Below are positions 10,072 to 20,928 of a stretch of 64,000 bases of DNA, one piece after another. Source of the stretch: Candidatus Latescibacterota bacterium (GTDB lineage: Bacteria > Krumholzibacteriota > Krumholzibacteriia > WVZY01 > JAKEHA01); the NCBI GenBank assembly GCA_963707635.1, contig OY970173.1, positions 384,001-448,000 of the forward strand, read 5' to 3'. Every line of letters begins with the position of its first letter. Positions within the stretch are counted from its first letter, which is position 1. The notes beneath the pieces are model-generated. The model saw nothing but the letters and a program-made list of their open reading frames with translations. It ran no database searches and was not told the origin of the DNA. The position numbers and the translations under genes are program-made.

Positions 10072-11382
10072 TTACATCCTCATCTCCACCGGGAACCGCT
10101 TGCGCAAGTCCGCGATGTAGTCTTCGTACGTCTTCGCGAACGTCTGCTGGTCGTAGAGGCGCTTGATGTCGTCCTTGATCTCCGAGAACTCGTACGGGCG
10201 CGCGGCGTCCCGCTCGATCAGTTTCACGATGCGAAACCCCGCTGTCTCGCGCATGACCTGGCTCACGTCGCCGGGCTTGAGCCCCGCGAGCACGTCGCGA
10301 AAGAACTCCGGCAGCTCCGCGACGCGCAGCCAGCCCAGGTCGCCGTTCTTGGTCGCCGCCGGGTCCGTGTTGTAGCGCGCCGCGAGCGAGTCGAACGACT
10401 CGCCCTTCTGGATGTCCTGGTAGATCGAGTTTGCGCCCGCGAACACCTTCTGCACATCCGCGTCCGACGGCACTGCCCGCACCAGGATGTGGCGCATGCG
10501 AACCTCACCGCTCTCGGGCCGGCGGTCCGTGATCTGCACCAGGTGGAACCCGTAGACCGTGAAAACCGGCTCGCTCACCTGCCCCAGGTCGAGCGACCCC
10601 GCGGCGGCGGCAAGCGCGGGTTCGCGCAGGTCCTGCGGGCGCAGGAAGCCCAGGTCCCCTCCCAGCGCGGCGCTGGCGTCTTCCGACTCCGCCTTGGCCA
10701 CCTCGCCGAAATCCTCCCCCGCGATGATGCGCGCGCGCAGCGCCACGATCTTCTCGCGCGCGGCGCTGGTCGCGTCGGACGCGGTCTCGAACCCGATGAA
10801 TATCGTCTTGAGATGAACGACTTCGGGCCGCTGCGGGACGCGGTCTTTGTGTTCGTCGTAGAACTTTTTGAGCTCCTCGTCGGGTACGGCGCCGCGCTGG
10901 CGGTTCATGTCCTTCTGGAGCACGCGCTCGACCAGCATCCGGTTGCGGATTTGCACGCGGTACATGCGCTTGAGCTCGTCAGCGGTCAGCCCTTCCGCTT
11001 CGAGTTGGCGCTCGAAGGCTTCCTCGCCCCCGATCATCCGCTTGTTTTCGTCGATCGCCTTGTTGACCTGCGCCTCGACGTCGGAGAAGGGAACGTCGAT
11101 GCCGAGCCGGCCCGCCTGCGCGATCACCAGCCGGTCGTTGATGAGGTTGTCGAGCGCTTCGCGGAAGAGCGTATCCCGCTCTGCCGGCGTGACGCTGGTC
11201 TTACCCTGCTGGAACAAATACTGGCGGACGGCCTGGTCGACGTCGCTCTCGAATACCGCTTCGTCTTCGATCACGGCCACGATGCGGTCGATCGTTTCCC
11301 GCTCCGCGCGCGGGACCCCGGACGCCGCCAGGGCGGAAACCGCCACCGCCAGCGCGACGCGAGTCATCCCCCGCCGGGTCAT
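10072..11382 (-). CDS. surA: SurA-like chaperone / peptidyl-prolyl isomerase
   Basis: Signal peptide, IDRIVAVI SurA N-domain, two parvulin domains (GGDLGF, YGFHLV, GDLGW). Confidence 0.85.
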   Translation of the reverse strand: MTRRGMTRVALAVAVSALAASGVPRAERETIDRIVAVIEDEAVFESDVDQAVRQYLFQQGKTSVTPAERDTLFREALDNLINDRLVIAQAGRLGIDVPFSDVEAQVNKAIDENKRMIGGEEAFERQLEAEGLTADELKRMYRVQIRNRMLVERVLQKDMNRQRGAVPDEELKKFYDEHKDRVPQRPEVVHLKTIFIGFETASDATSAAREKIVALRARIIAGEDFGEVAKAESEDASAALGGDLGFLRPQDLREPALAAAAGSLDLGQVSEPVFTVYGFHLVQITDRRPESGEVRMRHILVRAVPSDADVQKVFAGANSIYQDIQKGESFDSLAARYNTDPAATKNGDLGWLRVAELPEFFRDVLAGLKPGDVSQVMRETAGFRIVKLIERDAARPYEFSEIKDDIKRLYDQQTFAKTYEDYIADLRKRFPVEMRM

Positions 11383-12416
11383 GGCGCCTCCCCGGTCGTG
11401 TCCGCCGCAGCGGTGTCCGGACGGACGGGCTCGGCGGGGGGTTTCACACGCTCCGCCGGCTCCGGCACCGCGCGCTCGAATTCGCGCGGCGCCCGGCTCG
11501 CGGCGGCCTTCTCTTCCGCTTTGAGCGACTCGGCCATTTCCACCGCGTAGCGCATTTCCGGATCGACGATCTCGACCCGGGCCTGCTCGGTGAGCGACGC
11601 GATCAGGCTGTCGTACACCGCCGCGCGTTTGGCGAGCAGGAGCTGGCGCGAAATCTCCGGCGCCACCGTCTCGAACGGCAGCTCGTTGAGCGCGGTGCGC
11701 ACATCGGTGAGCTTCACGATGTGATATCCGAACTCGGACTCGATGATGTCGCTCACCTCTCCCACCCGCATCTTGAAGACCACGGCCTCGAACTCCGGCA
11801 GCATGTTTCCCTTGGAAAGATAGCCGAGGTCGCCGCCGGAGCCCGTGTGCTTGTCCACTGAGAGCTTCCGCGCTACCCACGAAAACGGGCGCGTCTTGAG
11901 CATTTCCTGCGCTTCCTCGGCATCCTCGATGTTGTTCGTGAGGATATGACTCACCCGGACCTCGAGATTGAACTCGTCCTTGTGCGCTGCGTAGTACTTC
12001 ATCACTTCGTCGCGGGTGACGATGGCCCGCTGCCGCAGCACCTCCTGCACCAGCCGGTCCGCCACCAGGTCTTTGCGGTACTGCTCCAGCCTCCACTCGA
12101 TGTCGCGCGACACGTCGAGCCCGGAGCGCAGGGCGGCTTCGTACAGGAGCTGGGTCGTCACCCACCGGTCGAAGTACGTCTTGCTCTCCTCGGAGGTGAT
12201 TCCCGCGTAGGACTCTTCGGGAAGATACGCGTCGAGGTCGCGACGGTACAACGGTTGTCCGTTCACACGGGCCACCACCGGACCCGGGTCCTCGCCGGAC
12301 CGGCCCACCTGGCGCCGCTCGCAGCCCAGGTTCGCCGCCGTCATCATCGCAGCGAGGGCCAATAACACGATAGGGGGTGCGACACCCCCTATCGTGAGTC
12401 TCGGTCGCCCGGACAT
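11379..12416 (-). CDS. PpiC/parvulin-type PPIase lipoprotein
   Basis: Lipobox-like LGC, VVARVNG, VRVSHIL, GGDLGY, EFGYHIVK; start estimated. Confidence 0.85.
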   Translation of the reverse strand: MSGRPRLTIGGVAPPIVLLALAAMMTAANLGCERRQVGRSGEDPGPVVARVNGQPLYRRDLDAYLPEESYAGITSEESKTYFDRWVTTQLLYEAALRSGLDVSRDIEWRLEQYRKDLVADRLVQEVLRQRAIVTRDEVMKYYAAHKDEFNLEVRVSHILTNNIEDAEEAQEMLKTRPFSWVARKLSVDKHTGSGGDLGYLSKGNMLPEFEAVVFKMRVGEVSDIIESEFGYHIVKLTDVRTALNELPFETVAPEISRQLLLAKRAAVYDSLIASLTEQARVEIVDPEMRYAVEMAESLKAEEKAAASRAPREFERAVPEPAERVKPPAEPVRPDTAAADTTGEAP

Positions 12417-12444
12417 CCGCGGAACCGTCGCCGTCGCGCCGGAA

Positions 12445-14178
12445 CTAGCCGCCGACGTCCACAGGTTTCGGCGGTTCGGCCACCGAACGTTCGGTGACGT
12501 GCACTTTCTTGAAATTGTCGTCGTGGATGACAACGCCGAATTCTTCTTTCCACTTTTCGAGCAATTCTTTGAGTTTCTCGTCGTTCGCCTCGTTCTTGAG
12601 GTGCGCTTCAATGTTCGACTTGGCTTCTGCGAAGCTGAAAACCTTGGCCTCCTGGACCTCCATCAGGCGCAGAACCATCCAGCCGCGCGAGGTCTGGAAC
12701 GGCTCCGAGATATCTCCGACCCGCCCGAGACCGAAGCCGACTGCGTCGATCTCGGGGTTTTCTCCGCTGGCCAGGAAATTGCTGAGCCCGCCATTGGCGG
12801 CGGATTCTTCATCGATGGAGTACGTGCTCGCCACCTTCGCGATCAGCTTCCCCGCGCGGAGCTCCTGGCGGGCCTTCTGCGCGGTATCCACGTCGCCGGT
12901 CAGGATGACACCGAACTGGCGCTTCTCCGGCGTGCGAAACATCTCGCGGTTGTCGCTATAGTAGGCCTGTTGCTGCTCCTCTGTGACCACCGTCGTCCGG
13001 TTGATCAAGTCCTCGTAGAGGGCATTGATCATGAACTCTTCCTCCTTGTCCTTCAGCGCCCTGGCAACCTCGGGATCCTTCTCGATGTCCGACTTGTGCA
13101 CGACGTCGGCGGATATCTCGTTCATCATGGGTGCGGTCAGGAAGCTACGAATCCCACCGAGCCGGAAATCGCGCCGTGGACGCTCGTAGAATGAGGCCTG
13201 GTCGTACATGTCGGAGAAATCTTTGATCGCGATCGTCTTACCCAGGTAGCTCACGAGCGGCTTGTCGAGATCGGTCGAATCGAAGTAGAGCAGCGGGTAG
13301 ACTTCCTGATCTCTCGCAGGAGCCTCCTCGAAGGGCCGGTCCGGCGGCAGCGCGTTGAAAGCGATCATGAGATTGTCGTAGTTCCAGACCACGCCGTACT
13401 GGTCGCGCAGCTTGTCCGTGAACTTGTTGAGCTCGACGGCCTCCTTGCTCTGCTTATACTCCAGCGTCACCTGGTCCTTGACGGCCTCGAACGGCTGCGG
13501 GTGCTTGCCTTCCGTGCGCGAGAGCACCTTGACGATCACCCAACCGTAGGCAGTGAGAATCGGCTCGGTGTACTCGCCGACGGGCGTGGCGAACATCTGC
13601 TGCTGCAGGTCGGGCACGAGTGTGCCATACGTGGCGGTAACCACGACTCCGCCGTTGGCCGCGTCCGGGGTTTTCGAGTACTGACGGCATGCCGACTCGA
13701 AGTCGAGACCACCCTGCAAGGCGTCGTAGCAGGCGTTCGCTTCCTCTTCAGTATCCGTGAGGATCTGTTTCAGATTGATCGAAGCGCCCTTGTTGTCATA
13801 GTGGCGGCGCACTTCCTCGTCGGTCACCGTGAGATTGTCGGCCACCTCCCGCTTGAGATACGCGATCGGGAGCGACATTCTCCGGAACGTTTCCAGACCC
13901 TGCGCCACGGAGGGGTCCTTGTCGTACCCGAGCTCGTCGGCCTTGGCGACCAAGACTTCCTTGTTGAGCATCGTGGTCAGAAACTCGCGCAGGCCCTCCT
14001 CGCCGGTGGCTTTCGGTAGGTACGCCACGTCCACCTTGGCGTAGGCCTGCTCGAACTCCTGGACCGTGATCGCGTGACCCTTGAACTCCGCCAGCTTGGC
14101 ATTCTCTCGTTTGGAGCACCCGGTCAGCGCGATCGGCGCGCTCAGTCCCAAAGCCAGCAACAATCGTCCAACCCTCAT
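12445..14178 (-). CDS. PpiC/parvulin-type PPIase lipoprotein with two rotamase domains
   Basis: Lipobox LTGC, YGWVIVK and RGWMVLR parvulin motifs; SD AAGGAG before ATG 14178. Confidence 0.82.
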   Translation of the reverse strand: MRVGRLLLALGLSAPIALTGCSKRENAKLAEFKGHAITVQEFEQAYAKVDVAYLPKATGEEGLREFLTTMLNKEVLVAKADELGYDKDPSVAQGLETFRRMSLPIAYLKREVADNLTVTDEEVRRHYDNKGASINLKQILTDTEEEANACYDALQGGLDFESACRQYSKTPDAANGGVVVTATYGTLVPDLQQQMFATPVGEYTEPILTAYGWVIVKVLSRTEGKHPQPFEAVKDQVTLEYKQSKEAVELNKFTDKLRDQYGVVWNYDNLMIAFNALPPDRPFEEAPARDQEVYPLLYFDSTDLDKPLVSYLGKTIAIKDFSDMYDQASFYERPRRDFRLGGIRSFLTAPMMNEISADVVHKSDIEKDPEVARALKDKEEEFMINALYEDLINRTTVVTEEQQQAYYSDNREMFRTPEKRQFGVILTGDVDTAQKARQELRAGKLIAKVASTYSIDEESAANGGLSNFLASGENPEIDAVGFGLGRVGDISEPFQTSRGWMVLRLMEVQEAKVFSFAEAKSNIEAHLKNEANDEKLKELLEKWKEEFGVVIHDDNFKKVHVTERSVAEPPKPVDVGG

Positions 14179-14224
14179 CGGTCGAGACTCCTTTCCGAAT
14201 CCACCGTCAGCACTTGGAGGGAAC

Positions 14225-17200
14225 CTATCGATTTGGTAAAGCGTTGATATTACTGGTGAATCGAGCAATTTGCAACAGATTCTTCACCTCATCGATAATG
14301 GCCGCGGGGGGCTGGCCGGTGAGCCTGATTGCAAAGGATTTCCCCGATTTGAACAAGATTCGGCGTCCGAAAGTTTCCGAGAGCTTCGCACAGGCACGCG
14401 GGGACAGGGCCCGCCCGGGGGCGAACTCGAGCCCCGCTTCCCCGCGGAATCCTGCCGCCGGGTCCAGGCTCGCGAGCCGAGCCTCCCGCGCGGCTTCCCG
14501 GAGCTGCACCGACACGATGCCGAGCGCCTGGGCCTCGAGCTTCACGTGGGCCAGGTCGAGCAGGCTCTGGGCGCTCGGGGGGATCTCGCCGAAGCGGTCC
14601 CGCAACTCGTCTCCCAGCGCCGCGATTTCCTCCGGGTCGCTCATGCGGGCTATGCGCTTGTAGATCATCATGCGCTCGTCGGCGTCGGGGACGTAGCGGT
14701 CGGGCACGTAGACGCTGTACGGCGCCTCCACCCGGCACGGCGGGGTCTCCTCGCGCTCTTCGCCGCGCAACTGGTCGACGGTTTCCTTGAGCATCTTCGT
14801 GTACAGCTCGAACCCGATCGCGGCCACGTGTCCGTGTTGCTCGACGCCGAGCACGTTTCCAGCTCCTCGAATCTCGAGGTCGCGCATCGCCAGGCGGTAG
14901 CCGCTGCCCAGCTCTTCGAACTCTTCCATCGCCTGCAGCCGCCGCACCGCCGACGGGGTGAGTGAAATCTGCCGCGGCACCAGGAAGTACGCGTAGGCCT
15001 GCCGCTCGCGCCGCCCGACGCGTCCGCGCAGCTGGTAGAGCTGCGCGAGGCCGAGCCGGTCCGCCCGGTTCACGACCAGGGTATTGGCATTGGGAAAGTC
15101 GAGGCCGGACTCGATGATCATGGTGGAGATGAGCACGTCGCTCTTGCGCTGCATGAAGTCGAGGACCGCCGTCTCGAGTTGGTCTTCGACCATCTGGCCG
15201 TGGGCGACGCCAAAACGGACCCCCGGCAGGAGGCGTTCGAGAAACGCCTTCATCGAGAAGATCGACTGCACGCGGTTGTGGACGAAGAACACCTGGCCGT
15301 CGCGGCCGACCTCTTCGGAAATTGCGCGCGCGATGGTGTCCTCGTCGAAGGCGGTGACTTCGGTCTTGACCGGGTGGCGGTTGCGCGGCGGCGTCTCGAT
15401 CAGCGAAATCTGTCGCAGCCCCGAGAGCGAAAAGTAGAGCGTGCGCGGGATCGGTGTGGCGGTGAGCGACAGCACGTGCACCGACTTCGCCATCTGCTTC
15501 AGGCGCTCCTTGTGCTTCACCCCGAAGCGATGCTCCTCATCCACGATCAGGAGGCCGAGGTCCTTGAAGACGACGTCCTTCGAGAGCAGCCGGTGGGTGC
15601 CGATGACGAGGTCGATGGTGCCGTCGCGCAGCCCCTCCAGCGTCTTCTTCTGCTCCGCCGGCGAGACGAAACGGCTCAACATCGCGGTCTTCACGGGAAA
15701 CGCCTTCATGCGTTCCTGAAACGTGCGCTGGTGCTGAAACGCGAGCAGCGTGGTCGGCACCAGCACGGCGACCTGCCGGCCGGCGGTCGCCACCTTGAAC
15801 GCGGCGCGGATCGCCACCTCGGTCTTGCCGAAGCCGACGTCGCCGCACACCAGCCGGTCCATGGGACGATCGCTCTCCAGGTCCTCCTTGATGTCGCGCG
15901 TGACGGTGATCTGGTGCGGCGTCTCTTCGTACGGGAACGACGCTTCCAGCTCGCGCTGCCACGGCGTGTCGGGGCCGAAGGCGTGCGCCTTCGCCAGCTC
16001 GCGCTGCGCATAGACGTGCAGGAGGTCACGGGCAATGTCTTCGATCGCCTTCTTCGCACGCTCCTTGGTGTGCTGCCAGCGGGTGCCACCGAGCTTGTCG
16101 AGCTTCGGCACCACCCCCTCGCGGCCGATGTACTTCTCTACCAGGTGCATCTGGTCGACCGGGACGAAGATCCGGTCCCCGCCCTCGAATCGAATGGCCA
16201 GGCACTCCGCGTTGCTCTCGTCCGCCGCGATCCTTTCGAGCCCGACGAAGCGTCCGATGCCGTAGTCGACGTGGACCACGTAGTCGCCGCCCTGGAGCGT
16301 CTCGGTTCGCAGCGCGGCCGTGCGGCGCTTCGCCCGCTTCTTGCGCGGCCGCGCCAGCATGCGATTGAAAATCTGGTGGTCGGTGAGAATCGCAAGACCA
16401 GCCTGCTCCCACACGAAGCCGCTCGCGATCCACCCCACCGGCAGGTGCACCAGCGCTTCTTCCTCACCCAGGATGTCTGCCATGCGTTCGCGCTGGGTGG
16501 GCGTCTCGGAGTAGATCATCACGTCCACGCTCCGGGCGCGAAGCGATCGAATCTGCGCGAAGAGCGGGTCGAGCTTCCCGACCACGCTCGGGTGCGCGGC
16601 GGTGAGGAACTTGACCGTGGTTTCGTCGTCGCGCGCCGGCGCGAGCCCCGGGTCCGTCCCGTCGCCGGTTTCGGGCGGCGCGGTCTCGGTCACGTCGGAA
16701 AGCGCGCGATGAATGACGACCGCCGCACCGCGCGCGCGCGTGTGTTCGAGCGGATGGAGGTAATCGTCGAGCGCCAGCGCAGGGAATTCGTCCTCGGGGC
16801 GCGAGGCAGCGCGTTCGAAGTCCCGCGCCAGCGCGGCCAGAGAGCGGTTGGTCCCGTCTCCGTCCGCGAACCAGACCAACGGCGGCTCCGGGAAGAAGTC
16901 CAGCAGCGACCCGGTCATGCCCAGCGCCGGCGCATACCGCCGCCATACGTACGACGAGCGCGAGTGCTCGGCCTCTTCGGCGATGCGGTTTATCAGATCT
17001 TTCGGGAACTCCCGCGCTGACAGGTACTCGCGCAGGTGCGCCACCGCATCGGCGTCCAACGGAACGCTCGATGCTGGCAAGATGGTGCAAGTTTGCAATG
17101 CTTCAATAGACCTTTGCGTGTCCAGGTCAAAGGAGCGCATGGAAACGATTTCGTCGTCTTCGAGCTCGATGCGCACCGGGTAGTCCCACGCCGGATCGAA

Positions 17201-17827
17201 CACGTCCACGATGGCGCCGCGCACCCCGAACTGGCCCGCTTCCTCTACCACCGACACCGCGTCGTAGCCCATTCCATCCAGGTGCTCGCGCAGGTCCTCG
17301 AGGTTGACCGCGTCGCCGACCGCCAGCGCGCGCTGGTGCGCCGCCAGCGACGCCTTGGTGATGGTCTTCTCGAGGAAACCGAGGACGCTCGTGACCACGA
17401 TGTCGGCGCCGCCGTTGAGGATCGTGAGCAAACTCTCGTTGCGGTCGCCGCCGGCCGCGATGTTTTCGCGCAGCTCGAAGCGATGCGGCGCGATGGCACG
17501 TTCGGGGAAGTGCACCACGCGTCCGCTGGAGACGGTCCGGCAGTCGGAGACGGCGTCCTGCGCCGACTCGTCGTCGGGGTAGACAAGGAGAACGCTTCGA
17601 TCCAGCGAGTGGCGGACGGCTTCGGCGAGGAATACCTGGGAGGAACCCTTGAGCCCCGCGACGTGGACGCGCCGGCGGGCCTCCAGCTTGTCCGCGTAGA
17701 GCCCGCGCGGGCGGTCGACGACCCGGCCCGCCTCTGCGTCCGCGATCTCGCGCGCGGCGCGCAGCGCCTCGCCGATGGAGGCTCGGAGGGAATGAACGAG
17801 AGGAAGACGGCTGACTCTATCGATCAA
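14225..17827 (-). CDS. mfd: Transcription-repair coupling factor Mfd
   Basis: UvrB-homology module, VVHVDYGIG (RID), CGDVGFGKTEVA, DEEHRFGV, TATPIPRT, QLRGRVGR, DLEIRGAG. Confidence 0.96.
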   Translation of the reverse strand: MIDRVSRLPLVHSLRASIGEALRAAREIADAEAGRVVDRPRGLYADKLEARRRVHVAGLKGSSQVFLAEAVRHSLDRSVLLVYPDDESAQDAVSDCRTVSSGRVVHFPERAIAPHRFELRENIAAGGDRNESLLTILNGGADIVVTSVLGFLEKTITKASLAAHQRALAVGDAVNLEDLREHLDGMGYDAVSVVEEAGQFGVRGAIVDVFDPAWDYPVRIELEDDEIVSMRSFDLDTQRSIEALQTCTILPASSVPLDADAVAHLREYLSAREFPKDLINRIAEEAEHSRSSYVWRRYAPALGMTGSLLDFFPEPPLVWFADGDGTNRSLAALARDFERAASRPEDEFPALALDDYLHPLEHTRARGAAVVIHRALSDVTETAPPETGDGTDPGLAPARDDETTVKFLTAAHPSVVGKLDPLFAQIRSLRARSVDVMIYSETPTQRERMADILGEEEALVHLPVGWIASGFVWEQAGLAILTDHQIFNRMLARPRKKRAKRRTAALRTETLQGGDYVVHVDYGIGRFVGLERIAADESNAECLAIRFEGGDRIFVPVDQMHLVEKYIGREGVVPKLDKLGGTRWQHTKERAKKAIEDIARDLLHVYAQRELAKAHAFGPDTPWQRELEASFPYEETPHQITVTRDIKEDLESDRPMDRLVCGDVGFGKTEVAIRAAFKVATAGRQVAVLVPTTLLAFQHQRTFQERMKAFPVKTAMLSRFVSPAEQKKTLEGLRDGTIDLVIGTHRLLSKDVVFKDLGLLIVDEEHRFGVKHKERLKQMAKSVHVLSLTATPIPRTLYFSLSGLRQISLIETPPRNRHPVKTEVTAFDEDTIARAISEEVGRDGQVFFVHNRVQSIFSMKAFLERLLPGVRFGVAHGQMVEDQLETAVLDFMQRKSDVLISTMIIESGLDFPNANTLVVNRADRLGLAQLYQLRGRVGRRERQAYAYFLVPRQISLTPSAVRRLQAMEEFEELGSGYRLAMRDLEIRGAGNVLGVEQHGHVAAIGFELYTKMLKETVDQLRGEEREETPPCRVEAPYSVYVPDRYVPDADERMMIYKRIARMSDPEEIAALGDELRDRFGEIPPSAQSLLDLAHVKLEAQALGIVSVQLREAAREARLASLDPAAGFRGEAGLEFAPGRALSPRACAKLSETFGRRILFKSGKSFAIRLTGQPPAAIIDEVKNLLQIARFTSNINALPNR

Positions 17828-17861
17828 TCAAATCGGGTGGAATATAGCACAGCCGGCGCGC

Positions 17862-19940
17862 TCACGCCTTTCTTCCCAGGATCGACTCCGCCACCAGCGC
17901 CGCGATCGCCAGCACGAGGAACGCCGCGTAGACCTCCCGGCCCTCGCGGGCCTCGCGCAGATCCGATCGGAACGACTCGCCCGCGCGGACCACGCTCACT
18001 GCGTCCGGCCGTTTCTCCGGCACGCTCGACACGGTCAGGTCCGATTCGCGGGCGTCGACGTTGACCGCCATCTCCGCCACGCGGGTGGTGTCGCGATAGA
18101 GCCGGTAGAAGCCGACCCGCGCCGGGTGTTCCAGGCTCACCTCCAGCTCTCCCGACGCGTGCACGCCGATGGCGGGCTTCAGCGTCGCGCCGGCAGGATC
18201 GCGCACGGTGAGCTGGGTCTCATCGAGAACCTTCTGCGACAGATCGAAATCGATCGGCGTGCCCGCCAGGTGCTCCTCGGCACCCGGGCCCTCGCCCGGA
18301 CTCGCGAGGTAGGTGACCGAGGTGTGCACGAGCGGCAGGAACATGGGCGAAAGGGGAATGTCGCCGGTGACGAGATCCGGTGCGGCCGCAAACACCAGCA
18401 CGCGACCACGACCGCGCACGCACTCCCACACCGCGGGGTCGCCGCCGCCGATGTACGCCAGCACGGAATCGGGCGCCACCCCGCGCGCGGCGGTGTACGC
18501 GCGCACCCGGGCACGTGAGAGGAGCTCGAGCTCGTCACGTGTGAATAGGTTGAACACCGGGTGTTGTTTTTCGAAGGAGGTGAACGCAGTGCGCGTCTCT
18601 CCGCTCTTCTCGGCGCCGCCGCGCAGCCCGGTGAGCGCGCGAAAGCCGGTGTCTTCGATCACGTCGCGCGGGGCGTTCCCGAAAAACACCAGCAACCCAC
18701 CCCCGCGCCTCACGTGGCGCTCGATCAGAACCAGGCGCCGGGGTTCGATATGCTGGGGGTCGACCCACACCACCACCCCGCCGGGCGGGAGCGCGGACGC
18801 GGTAACGTCGCGCTCGTCGATCACTTTCACGGTGAACTCGCCGTCGACGGCCCCGCGCGGATTGAGCGCCTTCTCGACGTAGAACGTCGCGGGCACGCCT
18901 GCGTTAGCGGCGGTCGCCGCGCGCCGGCCGCTCACGAGTGTGACCGGGATGCTGTTCGAAACGTCGAGAAGAAAATAGCGGTCGTCGTCGATGCCGAGCC
19001 GGTCGCGGTTCTTCGACACGCGACCGTGATAGCGCCCCGGCGCGGCCAGCGAGAGCGGGAAAACCACGGTCTGCGACGCGCTCGGCGCGAGCTCCAGCAC
19101 CTGCTCCGCCTTGCGGTCTCCGTCCACGACCACCTCGAGCGGCACACTCGCCGGGGTGCGCCGCGAATGATTGGTCGCGGTGACGGATACCTTGACCACC
19201 TCTCCGGGGCGCAGGAGCTTGCGCGGCACGCCCACGCGGTCGAGGCTCACGTTGTCGGCCTCGTCCTGGTAGACCGGGATGAAATAGATGCGGACGTTCT
19301 CGGGGACCTTCGCTTCGTCCACGAGCGTCGAATCCTCGCTGAAACGGAAGTCCGATACGACGTAGATCTCGCCGCCCTTGACGTCGCTCTGTTCGATTGC
19401 TTCCAGCGCCCGGTCGATCGCCGCGCGCGGCGAGGTGGTTTCGTCGGAGAGCTCCACGCGGTCGATGGTGCTGTTGACGACGCCGTGGTTACGCGTCCCG
19501 CGATCCAGCAGCACCTCCGCCTGGCGCGCGAAACGGATCACGTTCACTTCGTCGCTCGCCCCCGCTTCTTCGACCACGGTCTTCGCAATCCGCTTGGCCG
19601 CGTCGAACGCCGTCCCGGTCTCGAGGTTGAGCCCCATGCTGTAGCTCGCGTCCAGGCATACGATCACGTTCTTCGGCATCGACCCCGAGAACAGGAACGC
19701 CGTGCGCAGGGTGGGCCGCGCGAACGCGATCACGAGCATCAGGACCGCGAGCGTGCGCAGAACCAGGATCAGTATGCGCCGCAGATTGATGCGGCGCATG
19801 CGCTGCCTGTTCACTTCTTCGAGGAATTCGAGCGAGCTGAACTGGACGCGGCGCACGCGCCGGCGGTTGAGCAGGTGGATGATCACCGGCACCGCGGCGG
19901 CGAGGAAGCCCACAAGAAACGCGGCGTTGAGGAACCCCAT
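17862..19940 (-). CDS. BatA/vWA domain protein (MoxR-associated)
   Basis: MGFLN...VPVIIHLL BatA N-terminus, FARP, DASYSM MIDAS motif, C-terminal TM helix. Confidence 0.88.
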   Translation of the reverse strand: MGFLNAAFLVGFLAAAVPVIIHLLNRRRVRRVQFSSLEFLEEVNRQRMRRINLRRILILVLRTLAVLMLVIAFARPTLRTAFLFSGSMPKNVIVCLDASYSMGLNLETGTAFDAAKRIAKTVVEEAGASDEVNVIRFARQAEVLLDRGTRNHGVVNSTIDRVELSDETTSPRAAIDRALEAIEQSDVKGGEIYVVSDFRFSEDSTLVDEAKVPENVRIYFIPVYQDEADNVSLDRVGVPRKLLRPGEVVKVSVTATNHSRRTPASVPLEVVVDGDRKAEQVLELAPSASQTVVFPLSLAAPGRYHGRVSKNRDRLGIDDDRYFLLDVSNSIPVTLVSGRRAATAANAGVPATFYVEKALNPRGAVDGEFTVKVIDERDVTASALPPGGVVVWVDPQHIEPRRLVLIERHVRRGGGLLVFFGNAPRDVIEDTGFRALTGLRGGAEKSGETRTAFTSFEKQHPVFNLFTRDELELLSRARVRAYTAARGVAPDSVLAYIGGGDPAVWECVRGRGRVLVFAAAPDLVTGDIPLSPMFLPLVHTSVTYLASPGEGPGAEEHLAGTPIDFDLSQKVLDETQLTVRDPAGATLKPAIGVHASGELEVSLEHPARVGFYRLYRDTTRVAEMAVNVDARESDLTVSSVPEKRPDAVSVVRAGESFRSDLREAREGREVYAAFLVLAIAALVAESILGRKA

Positions 19941-19943
19941 CGT

Positions 19944-20852
19944 CTACCCCATCCGCGCGCGCTTGCCGAGAAACGCCGTGAGTGCCACGTCGAACGGCGT
20001 GTCGGTGCGAAGCAGGTGGTAGTCGATCTGATGGTTCCGGCACCCGCGCTCGAGCTTGTCGATCCAGGCGCGAACGTCGCGCCGGAACTGTTCGCGCAAA
20101 AACGCCGGCTCCACCCGGAGCTTCTCGCCGGTCTCCAGGTCCTCGAACTCGACCTCCTCCTTGTAGTCGACGTCGAGTTCGCGCGGGTCGAGGACGTGGA
20201 AGACGATGACCTCGTGCTGGCGGTGGCGGAAGTGCTTGAGCCCCATCAGGACTTTCTCGGGGTCGTCCATCAGGTCGGAGATCAGCACCACCAGACCGCG
20301 CCGGCTCATGCGCTCCGCCATTTCGTGGAGCGCGGGGCTGATGGAGGTTTTGGCTCCCGGTGCGATGCCTTCCAGTGTCTGCAGGATCTGGAAGAGCTGC
20401 TTGCGGACCGACCGGTGCGGGATCAGCCGGCGCACGGTGTCGTCGAACACACACAGGCCGACCGCGTCCTGCTGGCGCACCAGCAGGTAGGTGAGGCTGG
20501 CCGCCAGCATGCCGGCGTACTCGAGCTTGGTGGTACCGCCGACGGGAAACCCCATCGAGCCGCTCTTGTCCACCAGGAGATTGGCGATCAGGTTGGTCTC
20601 TTCCTCGAAGACCTTGACGTAGGTGCGGTCGGTCTTGGCGTACACCTTCCAGTCGATGGTCTTGATGCTGTCCCCGGGCATGTAGGGCCGGTATTCGGCG
20701 AATTCGACCGAGAAGCCGTGATAGGGGCTCCGGTGCAACCCCGCGATATAACCCTCGACGATCAGCCGCGCCTTGAGCTCGAGGTTCTGAAGCTTGCCGA
20801 CGGTCGCGGGGTCGAGGTAGCGGGAGACTTGTCGCTTGTTGAGGTATGCCAT
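19944..20852 (-). CDS. DUF58 family protein (MoxR-associated)
   Basis: GLHRSPYHGFSVEFAEYRPY.PGD...IDWK, DKSGSM, VLISDL. Confidence 0.93.
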   Translation of the reverse strand: MAYLNKRQVSRYLDPATVGKLQNLELKARLIVEGYIAGLHRSPYHGFSVEFAEYRPYMPGDSIKTIDWKVYAKTDRTYVKVFEEETNLIANLLVDKSGSMGFPVGGTTKLEYAGMLAASLTYLLVRQQDAVGLCVFDDTVRRLIPHRSVRKQLFQILQTLEGIAPGAKTSISPALHEMAERMSRRGLVVLISDLMDDPEKVLMGLKHFRHRQHEVIVFHVLDPRELDVDYKEEVEFEDLETGEKLRVEPAFLREQFRRDVRAWIDKLERGCRNHQIDYHLLRTDTPFDVALTAFLGKRARMG

Positions 20853-20928
20853 GGATTCCGGCGTTCGTCGCGTCGCGTGTGCGCGACGCTGAATTATACA
20901 CGGACGGCCGGAATCGGCGCCAGCACAC

